DNA from: Gracilinanus agilis
Lineage: Eukaryota
NCBI RefSeq assembly: GCF_016433145.1
Contig: NC_058130.1
Coordinates: forward strand, 421,260,006-421,324,005
Direction: 5' to 3'
DNA length: 64,000 nucleotides
Shown here: in pieces, positions 52,242 through 64,000 of the stretch
Layout of the letters: every line of letters starts with the position of its first letter
Position numbering within the stretch: the stretch's first letter is position 1
Position numbers and translations under genes: made by a program
Notes under the pieces: model-generated
Told to the model about the DNA's origin: nothing
Database searches by the model: none
The model's input: only the letters and a program-made list of their open reading frames with translations

Positions 52242-52414
52242 TTTAAGAGAAACTTGGGTCACCAGGAAAAAACATAGTACTATCTTGCTGTCCTAATAAG
52301 GAGAACCAGATGACCAAGGTGAATAAGGCATCTGGGCTGCTAAAAGCACATGCCCTGCCCTTCCATACTGGTTCCTTTTCTCTACATTTTGTAGCTTCTC
52401 AAAAAGTTCATAGA

Positions 52415-55400
52415 GGGGCAACTAGGCGGCACAGTGGAAAGTGCCAGGCCTGGAGAGAGAAGAATCTGAGTTCAAATTTGACTTCAGATATTACCTAACT
52501 GTGTGACCCTGGGCAAGTCACTTAACTCCATTTGCCTGCTCCTTGTCCTTCTGTCTTAGAATTGTTATTAAGACATAAAGGAAGAGCTTTTTGAAAATTA
52601 TATCATATTAAATGAACTGGAAAGAAGGAAACCAAAAGGGTTACATGCCCCATAATGGACTGAGAATCAGTCAAATGGGTTATGAATATCTCTTCCTACA
52701 ATTTAGTCATTAATCCATGCATGTGCAATGACTCTTTACCTTTTATTTCTTCATTGTGTGAATTGGATAAAAACCTACCCCATCTCCTAACTGATAACAG
52801 TAAAGAAAGTCTTCATGCCACATTTCAAGATCAGTCAACATCAGTGTTCAGTATATACAACATACTATTATATGCACCTGTGCCCTGACTGTATGTTGAG
52901 CCCTGGTGGCTCATATGGTAAAAGGAAGTACTACTCCTGATAGACAATTTAAACTCAGTAATAGTCCCCTTCAAACTTTCTAATTCTAATGTAATCTCTT
53001 TCCTTGTAGAGAAGATTGAAGCTTGGGAAAGAGGGATGTGTGGAGGGATGGAAGACTTCTTTATTTCTTGCTATTTCCCAGATTCTTTCCTGAAAAGACA
53101 AGCTTTAATTATCTCCTGAAACTTTGCAAAATAGTGCAATTCTTTTTCAAATTTATTTACTTGTTACTTTTAAATTCACAGGTATCTTCCTCCTTTCTTC
53201 CTATCCCCACACTAGAGAAGGCATCATTTTACAAAAAGATAGATATATATCAAACTATGTCTTCCTTGTTTCTATTTATCAGTTCTTTCTCTGGAAGAGG
53301 ATATATACAAAGACAACCTAAACAATATTTCTGTTATTGTATATAATGCTCTCTTGGTTCTACTCATTTCAGTCTTCATAATTTCATGTAGTTCTGCTCA
53401 TATTTTTTTAACTAACCTGCTCATCATTTCTCATTGTGTAGTAGCATTCCATCACAATCATATAACACGACTTGTTTAGCCATTCCCTAATTGATGGGCA
53501 TCCTTCAACTGCAAAATGGAACCATTCAAGTGGTTTAGACATTATAGAGCTATGTGCATTAGTTTAATTGTGTTAGAATGTTTTATATGAGCAGGAAAAG
53601 CCCATCGATGAATATATTTTATAACTACTGCAGTAGCTCAGTAAAAAATTAGGTAAGAGACCTGAAGATAATAGAGTACTCAGAAACACAAACAAGACCT
53701 GCCTCTTAAGAGGCTCTGGTCACCTCCTTTTGCTTTCCTATCTCTGGTTAACCTAGGACAACCTTTTCCAGGTTATCGTGAATACCAGGGGAAAACGAAG
53801 CAAACTAACTAATTGCCTCCTACTAAAGTCTTTCTTTCCTGGCTAATAATGGCATAAAGGTGACATGAGGTTCTTGAAGGCTATGCTATTGAGGTCAAAT
53901 GTTTGGCTTTCTGCCAAAGTGGAAAGACTTTGAGTACGAGCCAACTGACATACTATATGCCTGTTGTCTAAAGAATAGCCTAATAAAGTGCAGAGGCTCA
54001 TCATCAAATTTGCTACCAAGTGATAAATTTTTCAGCCACAACAACTCATGAATTTATTAGTGGGGACAGTTTATTGCACGGTGGATAGAGAGCCCGGCCT
54101 CAAATCAGGAGGATGCGGGTTCAAATCTGGCCTCAGTTTTTCCTAGCTATGTCACCCTGGGCAATTCACTTAATCCCTTTTTGCTCTACTTCCTAAATCA
54201 ATATTTAGTTTTGATTCTAAGTCAGAATTTTTAAATTTTTATAAATGAATACAGAGAACTACCCTCAGAGTCAGGAAGACCTTGCTTTAAGGCCACCTCT
54301 GACCCTAAGCAAGTTTCTTCATTTCTCACTGCCTTGGTCAGATCTTTAGGACTAAAATAATACATGGACTGGTCTTCAATGGTAAGAGAAACTTCCTCAT
54401 CAGGAACTCCAAAGACTAATGGTCATTAAATATTTTTGATTGCATACCCCATCAGTAAAAAATCACATACACACATCCCTGTGTACTTGTAATGATTCAC
54501 AGAATTAAATGCTACCAAAATGTCAAGGAGAGAACTGAGAAAAGACCACTGGATTTGGCAGTTGAGATCATTGGTAACTTTAAAAAAAGCAGTTTCAATT
54601 GAGTGAGGAGTCAAGAAAAAAAGAAGTCATAACAAACTTGGAAAACCCAAAAGGATGGTGACACTCATGAAAGAAATAGAGAATTAAGGAAGAGAGATGA
54701 ATTTGAGGGGAAACCCTTATTCATACCTGCTTATCCTATACTATTAATTCTTTACCCCTACTTCAAAATGAACAGTGGGGAGGACAAAGTGGGACTTGCT
54801 CATTTGTCATTGTCCCTAAGTACAGAGCCCAGTGCAATGGTGAGCCCAGGTAGAGTGCCTGGGGATGTTAGAGGATGACAGTAGGGTAGAAATGTGGCTT
54901 ACACAGTTGTTTCAAATGCCTGGACCATGTTAGGTTCTACCTTTCAAACCATGAGGGGCCCAGGCCCAGTGCAGCCATGGAAAGCCAGTTGAAAAAGAAG
55001 TCTGAATGAAAAATTTTGAAGGGAATAGTAGATTTGTATGTGACAAGCCCGCAGTTGCCATGAGGAGGAAGATGATGGGGGATGCAACTCATCTTCCCAC
55101 GTTCTGATTAGTTGGTCATCTGCTCCTTGGAGTCAAGCCATGACCCCTTTGGCTTAATGCCACATTCCTCATTTTGGTGACCACTGCCCAAGATTAAGAT
55201 TAATGTAATCAGAAGACTGGTTTAAAAACAAACAATATCATGCCAAAAACTATACTACTTGATGAGGAGAGGGAAAGACCTGTGATTTAAGTGGAAAAAG
55301 AATTTCCTGGTGAGGAAACTCACTCTATCAATAAAAGTTGGTACTATCTCTACAATTTATCATCTTAGAGAGTTGCCGAAAGTGTTGAGAGGCTAAGTGG

Positions 55401-56480
55401 CAATAAGAGCCTTGCCTCAGGTCACACATCAGGTAGGTCAGAGACAGAATTTGAACCTCTCTATCCATCATACCCATACTAGCCCTCATGCTAGTGATAC
55501 AAAGATTAAAAAAAAAAATTTTAAACAGTTCCTGCCCTCTAGTAGCTAACATTCTGGGGAGAGGGAGAGATTATAATTGCAAATATGTAGATAAAAATGC
55601 AGAGTATATGAGTCTGAGTAGGAAAAAAGGAAATATGGTAACAATTGGAGTGACTAAAAAGACTTTATATAGGAGGTGGTTCTGAGTGGAGTCAAAAGAA
55701 AAGAGGACTCCAAGAAGCAGCAGAAGGGAAAGCTTTCCAGGTCTAGGAAGTGCCTGTCCAAAGGTAACTCAAAAAGACCATCTAAGTTTATAAAGAAATT
55801 GAGATCTACCATGGTGGAGAAGCACTGATAAAATAGCAGATCCTTTAGTTATTAAGTAAATCAACTAACTGCCCATGGTTTTCCCTTCTCTGGGCTACAA
55901 TTAAGCAGCAGGACAAGCAACTGGTTGGAGAACAAGTAGCTACCTAGAAGGCCACATCCACAAATGCCAAGCAAGGGAACAAACACCAATTAAAGGAGGT
56001 GGAAGCAATTGTCTTAAAAAACATTTCTCTGGCTGAACATGACAGAGGAGATACAAGTCAACTGGTACCTACTAGGTGCTACCAATGCTTATTCCTTCCT
56101 TCCTTCTCCCAACATAATTTGGCAGCACATTACCAAATTAAGTCCTCTAGAGGCACTGGCAAATAATTAATAAAATATATACTGTGTCACACACATTTCA
56201 ACTCAGTATTCCTTAGAAGCTCAAACCCAGATTCTTGGCAGAGTCTTTAATAACACAAAGAAAGTTTAAAAAATGCTGCAGAAAGCAACTAGGTGACTCA
56301 GTAAACTGAGAGTCAGGTCTAGACATTATAAGTCCTGGATTCAAATCTGACTTCAGACACTGTCTACTTGTGTGACCCTGGGCAAGTCACTTAACCCCCA
56401 CTGCCTAGTCCTTACCACTCTTCTGCCTTTGAACCAATACACAGTGCTGATTCTAAGAGAGAAAGTAGGGTTTTTTTTTA
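52415..56480 (+). mobile_element. Three older SINE1_Mdo-like copies (about 52415-52597, 54062-54240 and 56285-56480); other repeats lie between them
   Basis: Each copy has A and B boxes, gtgaccctgggcaagtcacttaa, and a ctaag...aggg tail. Confidence 0.8.
53140..53505 (-). mobile_element. L1 3' fragment
   Basis: ttgtttagccattccctaattgatgggcatcc. Confidence 0.75.
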
Positions 56481-57429
56481 ATTACTGTATTTAAGAAATG
56501 TAGGTATATATTCTCTCAGCTCTCTTTGATTGATGCCCTTCCCAAGCTGAAGTAAATTTTCCCTTTCACGACCTCTCTCACCAATTTCATGGATACTAAT
56601 GAGCATAAATTTTGACACTGCTATGCTGACTTGGCGGCAGGATGCTGATCTGCAATTTCATCAGCATGGTGAACACCATTTTCACAATGATGATAAAGAC
56701 TGGCAATGAATCCACAATTTACAATATTAGAGAGTTGCCAGGGAACCACAAGTGAAGTAAAATGACTTTTCTGTGGTCACCCAGCTAATGTGTCAGATGA
56801 AAGATTTGAGCCCAGATCCAACCCTCCCTTCATCATTCCAAGTAGCCTTATGATCAGGCTCATATTGTTCTGAATATGCCTCTACAAAGGTACATTGTCA
56901 ACAGGAAAAAAAAAAAAACAAATGGCTCTGGATGTAAGAACACTATTTAAGAAGAAAGATTATTAGTTCAGCAGGAGCCAAGGCATAGAAAAAAGACAAG
57001 GCTGAGGAAGGCCAGATGAAGACCAAAAGATGATTGTAATTAGAAAAAGAATATCGTCCAGATATCACAGGGAGCCTGGAAAAGGGATTCTTGGCAGATA
57101 ACTAGCTGCTCTTGGGTGTCTGTTCAGAGTTAAGTAAATCAAAAAATCTCGGGAAAATTAAGTTTAGGCCAATATCATAAAAATATCAAAATTCCCCAAA
57201 TTAACTCATAAAATTAATGTTACTCCGATCAAACTATCAATGGTCTATTTCATGGAATTAGGAAAAAATAATCAGTTTTTTAAAAATGATCTACTTTATG
57301 TACCATTAATTCCCATCTACATGTAGTCTGTAGAGCTCAGTATAATTAAATAAAAGATGAGGCCAAAAGAAACCCACAGGAATTCTGGATTAAATCACAA
57401 AAAAAAAAAAATCTTAACCCATGTTTTGT

Positions 57430-59215
57430 TTTGGGTACCTAAAATATCTTTGTAGCTCCAGTCATTGCCTCATTTTGTCCTCTAATTTCAACCTAAAAAT
57501 GTCTTCCATTTTCAAAGTTTATCCCTCAGTCTATGTTCCCAATCCTGTCCCCTCTAGCCTCCTCATAGATTCAAATCACAAAATTAGTCTCTCATGCAAG
57601 AATCTTCAGCCTCTCCTCCACTAGTTCCTTCATATATGCCTACAATGGTTCTCAGTTTTGTCCTGTCTTAAAAACTTTAAAACACTCTTGACTTTGCCGA
57701 GCCCTCTAGCTACTACCCTATTTATCTCCTTACTCTCTCTGCTATACATCCAAAATCATTTATACTCACTGCCTCTATTTCTTGACTACTCACTCACAGT
57801 TTATCCCCCTTTAATCTGATTCCTGCTTCATGGAAAAGGCAACAATTGATGCCTAACTGGCAAATTCAATAATCCATTCTCAGTATATTCTCCTTGACCA
57901 TTCCATATCATTTGAAGTGGTTAACCAAACTTTCCTTCCTGAAATGCTTTTCTCACTTGGTTTTTGGTGAGATCTTATGACCCTGGTTCTACAACTTGCC
58001 ACCATCTCTTTAAATATTGATATACCCTACAAAAATCAGTGTTCTACTCTCTGCCACTTCTTTATGCCTTGCTTTCTTAGAGATATCATTTGTTCTCAAA
58101 GTTTCAACTATCACCTGTATGAAGATGAAGCCAAAATCTCCCCTAGGGGGTCAGTCCTATATTTCCTACTGGATATTACCTTATCAAACTTATTGCATTA
58201 AAAGACAAAGCTATCATATTTACTGTCAAACCAGTCCCCACCCAAATTTGGTCTATTCTATAAATGAACATCATTTTACCATTCAGTTACCCAAACCTCT
58301 AATCTTTAACACTATCCCTTCTCCTTCAACATAAAATTTCCAAGTCCTTTATTATCTTATAAATCTCTTCCTTTCCCATTTCATTGCCACCAAACCAGAC
58401 TAAGACCTCATCTCACTGTGTCTGAACTGGCTTTTCCCAATCTGTGCTTTGCTGAGCCCTCATGTTCTATTCAATATGAATAAGGATTATGTAAGAAAAA
58501 TTTCAATGCTACTGATGTTTTCCCCTTCTATTTAGATAAGAAATTATAAATATATCCAAAATTACTCTCAGAGAACAATGTTTCAGCATGAACATAGTTT
58601 GGTTTTCTTTGTGTTGATCTGGACCTGTATCTTTCTGGGCCAAGGTTTTCTGTGCCCTGAGACTTCCTAAATTAACATTAATGAACTCCAGTGACATATT
58701 TCAAGTTCCAAAGTCTTATGAACAAATTTGGGAAGTAATCACTTGGACTATGGTAAAAAGTTTCCTAACTGGTCTCCATGCTTTTAGTCTTTCCATCTCA
58801 AACTCTTCTACATACTACTACTACCAGGTTCGTGTTCCTAAAATACTCCATATATACTACACCCCACTAAAAAAAATCTCTAACATCTCCCTACTGACTA
58901 CAGTATAAAGTTCCCATTCCTTTGTTAGTCTAGTCCCTCCCTCTACAATATTGTCTCCAACCTCACAATACTGTCACCTCACGATATTATATTTTATTTG
59001 CTTCGGTCCAATCAATCAGCTTCTTTTTAGAATATTCAGTGTTCCCTTTGCACCTTCACTCTTCCTATTCTCCCCATCTGGAGTATATTATGCTCTCCTC
59101 TATCCTTGTTTAAATCATCCCCCGTCTTCTCTGACAGTGCCAGCTTTCAATGATTATTCCCTCCTCTAAACTTGTGTGGCATTTATCTCTACCAAGACTC
59201 ATTTGGCACCTCATA
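57430..59215 (+). mobile_element. Long degenerate L2 LINE (about 1.8 kb, ORF2 to 3' region)
   Basis: Continuous pyrimidine-rich L2 landmarks: ctttccttcctgaaatgctttctcacttggtttt, atcatttgttctcaaagtttcaactatcacctgtatgaagatga, cctaactggtctcc. Confidence 0.85.
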
Positions 59216-60111
59216 TATATTCCCTTCCCTGGCTATCAACAAAATAAAAACACTAATTATGCAGAGCAAAAGGAATCCTATTGGAACAAGGGGACAAACC
59301 AAGTTTTACTGTTAATATTTTATTGAAATTTAAAAGACATTCTTTGTAAACAATTTGGAGCTTATGGTTTGATTTATAATCATTTACATTCTGTTTATTT
59401 TAAAAGTTTATTTTTCTTAATGGTCATTAAATTTAAAATAAATTGTAAAAAACTTTGGCTATATGAAATCTGACCTCCTAGATACTTCATCCTTCCAGAA
59501 TTAGGCCAAACCCAGAATTAGCCAGAAAAAAAAATCCCATTGGTGGCAAAATTACCATATCTGAAAATCTAGCAAAAAATAAACATAAGCAGGAAGGGAT
59601 GAAGGTTATGAATTCAAAACACTGTGATTAGTTGGTTTGCCAAAAGAAAAAGACTCTAACTGTTAACAAATGTCTATGAAATCCCAGCTTACTCCCATTA
59701 AAGGTGAAAAATGAAGCAGTGACAGAGAGACAGAAGAAGATCAAATTAATAAAAATCAGGGGAAATCACTATACAGGCTCTGTCCTTTCAATCAAAACTA
59801 CAAGCATCAGTCAGGATAAGACTCAAACAAGGATAATTCAGTAGATGAGGTGAAGGCAGGGGAAGGAGGTGCTTTACTCTACAAACTTAAAACATTGCCC
59901 CTATACTTCTGTGCTCATAAAGAGGACCCAAAGTCATCAGTTTCCTCATCTGTAAAATAAGGATAAGAATACATACTACAACCCTCAAAGTATTGTTATG
60001 AGGAGAGAGCTTTGTGGATCTTACAGCTCCATACAAGAAAAACTTAAATTCTGTTCAGCCTAATATGCTTAAGAAAGCAAAGAAGTATATAGTACATTTT
60101 AGAAAGATATT

Positions 60112-60303
60112 CAAGAGGAGCAGATGGGTAGCACAGTGGGAGAGAGTTCAGGTCTGGAGTCGAGAGAACCTGGGTACAAATCTGGCTTCAGACACTTCCT
60201 ACCTGTGTGACCCTGGGCAAGTCTCTTAACCCCAAGTGCCTGGCCCTTGCCATCCTTCTACCTTAGAATCGCTAACACAGAAGGTAAGGGTTTAAAATGA
60301 AAA
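60112..60303 (+). mobile_element. SINE1_Mdo-like SINE with probable TSD
   Basis: agaaagatatt at 60101-60111 and 60304-60314. Confidence 0.85.
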
Positions 60304-60404
60304 AGAAAGATATTGGGGGAAAAAAACAAGTGTCAGCATTTTAAAAGTTAGTAAACCATTTGGATAAGCTTCCCAAAGGGTTCCGGATAGGTTAGTTTCC
60401 AATC

Positions 60405-60560
60405 CATTCATTCATTCATTCATTCATTTAACAAGTATTTTTTCAGCACCTACCATGTACCAGGTACCGTGCTAGGTGCTAAGGATGCCAAAATAAACAT
60501 AACAATCAAAAAGAAACTGTCGCTGCTTTGCCTTCTAAGAGCTTATATTTATCTATTTTT
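60405..60560 (-). mobile_element. L2 3' end with (TTCA)n tail
   Basis: cattcattcatt...aacaagtatttttcagcacctaccatgtaccaggtaccgtgctaggtgct. Confidence 0.8.
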
Positions 60561-61654
60561 ATGTGTATAGATTACTTAACAATTGGTTTTCGAATGGCCT
60601 CAAGGGCTGGCACTGTTTTAAAAGCCTCTTTGTATCCAAAATGTATGGCACAATTCCACACGAAAAGAATGCATTTAATATATTTTATTTAATACTAATA
60701 ATGATGATGGTTATTTTAAATGCATTATAATTTATGTTTTTTTAATATGGCATTACTTTTAAGAAGCCTCAGTTTCACAGACTGATTTTTTTTCTCACCA
60801 CCTGGCAACATGAAACATTTCTTTAACTTCATATGGGTAATCATGGATATAATGTATCCCTTCTGGATCAATATAATGTAACACTTGGTATTATAGTAAT
60901 AAAAGAGACTTTGATTCTCTTGACATCTATAAGGACTCCAATTCTACTGAATGTAAACCATCTAATCAGTTATTGAGTGCTTTGAGGATAATTTATTCTT
61001 TTAAAAGGTAGTGAAAAAAACAAGGAGAACTTTGCTAATCTAGAATAACAAGAAGTGTTTGTTGAACTGGAAGTGACTAGAACTTCAGGAGAAAATAGAT
61101 TAGGTTGCTTTAGATTCATGAAGAAATAGACATAGGAGAATTCATTACAAATTTATCTAGATTTCAAGAAACTAATTTTTTTTTAAGTTCAAAGGAAATA
61201 AAGATATGATTTTGTAGTCAGAGACACTAAAAGACAGTATAGGCATGATAGGTTCTCAGACAGATATTACAATTATATAATTGCAAATAAAAATAACTAA
61301 CATTTATTTAGTGCTTTAAGGTTTGCAAAGGGCTTTACACTTAGTATCTCGCTTATTCCTCACAAAAATCATGTGAGATAAGTGGAGATATTATCTCCAT
61401 TTTATAGATTAGGAAATTGAGGGTGACTTGCCCCAGAGTCAAAAGCAGGAATTGAATTCTAGTTTACTTGATTCCAAATTCAAATCTTTAACTAACACTG
61501 CGATATCTAGCAACCTCTAAAAGACTTTCATGATAATATTTTATCATACTAAAATAATATTCCACTGAATATGAAGAAGGGAAGGAAATCAATGTGGCAG
61601 AAAAGTCTCTGGTCAGCTTGTTCTTTAAAAGACAAAGTGAGTGAGCAAACTAGC

Positions 61655-61870
61655 AAACTAGCACTGGGCTTAGAATCAGTAAGATTTTAGATCCAGCCTC
61701 AGGTACTTACTGGCTGTGTGACCCTGGGCAAGTCATTTAATCTTATTTGCTTTAGTTCCTCATATGTAAAATGAGCTAGAGAAGGAAATGTGAAATCATC
61801 CCAGTATCTATACCAAGAAAACTCTAGACAGAGTCACAAAGAATCAGACAAAACTGAAATAACTGAAAAA
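61655..61870 (+). mobile_element. MAR1-type SINE; an antisense MIR lies at about 61290-61510
   Basis: ggctgtgtgaccctgggcaagtc...gagctagagaaggaaatg...ccaagaaaactc. Confidence 0.8.
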
Positions 61871-61988
61871 TAATTGCTATATAGTACAAGGATGATTAGA
61901 AAATAAGTCTTGTTATATTAGTTTAGAGATAAGAAGTAGAGAAACTGGCTTGAGGAAGAATTGAAGTTTAAAAAGATCTGAGACAGAG

Positions 61989-62668
61989 TGTCAGTTTCAA
62001 ATGTTGACAGTATAATGTTTTTTCTGTGGTGGTTACTCTCTCTGGGTGTGGCAGTTACTCTGAGGGAGTTGGGAGTTGGGTTTTATAAGAGTGCTAGGAG
62101 CAGGTGACATCTTTTCTCTCTCTCCTCACTGTCTGAGGTAGAAGGAAAAGAGGGAAAAAACCTGAAAGAGCTAAGTGATTTCCTTTTCCAACTTGGGAAA
62201 CACTAATGATTGTCTATTGCTATAGATTGTTTTATCTCTGAGAAGACCAAAGAAAGACTCAGTCTTTGGTTTGGACTCTGAGACTCAGAGTCCTAACTTG
62301 GTTCTTGCTGAGGCTCAGCCAGCTAGCCTTTGTAATTTTTATAACTTGGAGACAAAGTTAAGAATTCTGTACTTCGTATAAGGATAATAGTGTTAGTTTA
62401 TTGAAGAATAGGGAAAATTTGAGTTAGTCAGGTCAGGAAGGATCAGTGTAGCCTGTGGAAACAGAAGTGGTTCCTTGCAGTATCAGGGAGTTGTATTTGG
62501 GTGGAGTTAGAATCCCTTAGAGTTAGAAATCCTTTTTTATCCTTATATTCTCAATAAATATTTTTTGTATAACAAGAGTCTCCTTATCATCCTTGTGCCT
62601 GGCACTGAAGAGAAGTTCACTTATGAGATTCATTTCACTTATATAAACTGAAGATACTTTGTAAGCAC
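61989..62668 (+). mobile_element. Probable solo LTR, about 0.68 kb
   Basis: TG...CA ends, ttttataagag TATA-like at about 62081-62091, a ctctctctc transcription-start-like tract, and tcaataaa at about 62551-62558. The TSD is at best 3 of 5. Confidence 0.55.
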
Positions 62669-62947
62669 AGCAAGAAGAGTATCTAAACAGTTTATATCTG
62701 TAATCAATTCATTTACCCATTATTTTTACAGTTTGGGCAAATTAAATAGGACAAAGAACCAGAAAATCTGATTTTAAGGGACCAACTGTGAGTATCTAAA
62801 CAGTTTATATCTGTAATCAATTCATTTACCTATTATTTTTACAATAGATACATATGTACATATATACATATATGCTATATACATAAAATTGATACCTTTT
62901 ATTCTTATATCATAGTAATTTAGGAGAGGGAGAATAGGCATGTTTTT

Positions 62948-63143
62948 TTGTTTTGTTTTGTTTTTTTAAACCCTTGTACTTCGGTGTATTGTCTCATAGG
63001 TGGAAGATTGGTAAGGGTGTGCAATGGGGGTCAAGTGACTTGCCCAGGGTCACACAGCTGGGAAGTGGCTAAGGCCGGGTTTGAACCTAGGACCTCCTGT
63101 CTCTAGGCCTGACTCTCACTCCACTGAGCTACCCAGCTGCCCC
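62948..63143 (-). mobile_element. Young full-length SINE1_Mdo with perfect TSD
   Basis: 16-bp TSD gaataggcatgttttt at 62932-62947 and 63144-63159. Confidence 0.96.
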
Positions 63144-63667
63144 GAATAGGCATGTTTTTGAAAGCTTGAAAGATATCCAGTTTTGCATCCAGATTTCCAA
63201 ATTATTAATTCCTCTAAACCTTCTATTATCTATTAAACTGTTATTAATCCTATGAATAAATAACTGTTTCGAATTTAAACTAGCTCAGGTCTGATGAGGA
63301 GAAAAAAGAAAGAAATTAGAGGGTTTAACTGACATTGCCACATTTGAAGGGAGGATACTAAAAGACTGAGCAAACATTAGCCTTGAGGGAGTCAAAAGAA
63401 ATGAGGTAGCAAAACAGATAACAGGATGGGCAAGGTTTTATGATAAGAGGGTCCAACTACAAACAATGTTTCTGAAACAGGAATTCCATCTAGCAAGGTG
63501 ACATCTTTTCCACCTTGCCATGTTGGTAAATATTCTTTTTTCTGAATATTTTATTGATGCTTTTATTTATGTTTTTATATCAAAATAATATTAGTCCTAA
63601 TAGCACCAGTCTACAAGAGAATCCTAATGAAAAACAATTAAGTAAAACCAACAATATACCTCACTGA

Positions 63668-64000
63668 CTTGTTGTTTGTCCTCCATTTTTTTTAAGAGAG
63701 CCAATGACATCATGATGTATGAATGACGTCTTGACTTGCATGTGATTTGGATTTGAATTTGGATTTAAATGAGATAGAGTTGCACAAAGTCATCAGCCTC
63801 ACTTTTTCCAGAGTCATTGAAGTCCAGTGGTAAGACAAAAGCCAGGATAACTGGCAATGGCCCTAGGTATAGTGAATGAGCTCGGCATCTTCAATGTCTA
63901 ATCAAACTCTAAGCCCTCCAGAGCACCTGCTTCAGTTGCCTTCATGGCCTGTGCAATAAAGTGTTCTCACTTACCCATTCTGCTGGAGGAAGTCTTCACA
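63668..64000 (-). mobile_element. RTE-related marsupial SINE/LINE fragment (WALLSI-like), running off the window edge
   Basis: ttgttgtttgtcctcc...tggatttaaatgag...gtccagtggtaagacaaaag...ctgctggaggaagtcttcaca. Confidence 0.7.

Larger units (their letters stand above)
2275..64000 (-). other. FHOD3: FHOD3 intron 1 (partial, more than 61 kb)
   Basis: Lies upstream of exon 2 on the minus strand. I see no exon-1 peptide (MATLACRVQFLDD..., from recall) and no CpG island in the window, so exon 1 should lie beyond 64000. Confidence 0.8.

Noticed and set aside
57421-59169. Several ORFs of 62-105 aa
   Set aside because: They lie inside a degenerate L2 and form no continuous RT frame.

Overview
AT-rich, CpG-poor marsupial genomic DNA, most likely opossum (Monodelphis), judged from young SINE1_Mdo-type SINEs, MAR1/MIR SINEs and marsupial L1 3' ends. 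The only protein-coding sequence I can support is one 107-bp internal exon on the minus strand (2168-2274, LDDCTLQLSHNGTYLDLESTLAEQRDELEGFQEDAG). I recognise it as exon 2 of the formin FHOD3, with canonical AG/GT boundaries. Everything to its right appears to be FHOD3 intron 1 (no exon 1 or CpG island is visible), and 1-2167 is the start of intron 2. The rest is a layered transposon record: old L2, CR1/L3, RTE and MIR fossils, L1 fragments of several ages, two probable solo LTRs, hAT MITEs with TIRs and 8-bp TSDs, and SINEs with TSDs. There is one 165-N assembly gap. Nearly all ORFs in the supplied track are chance or repeat-derived. I found no convincing new biological system. The best leads are a MEF2/TEAD/RFX/GATA motif cluster at about 21.1-21.8 kb, several short non-transposon direct duplications (one abutting a perfect 14-bp hairpin), two young hAT MITEs, a 5'-inverted (twin-primed) L1, and an LTR promoter antisense to FHOD3. 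Repeat family names come from my recall of consensus sequences, not a database search. Boundaries of old repeats are approximate.
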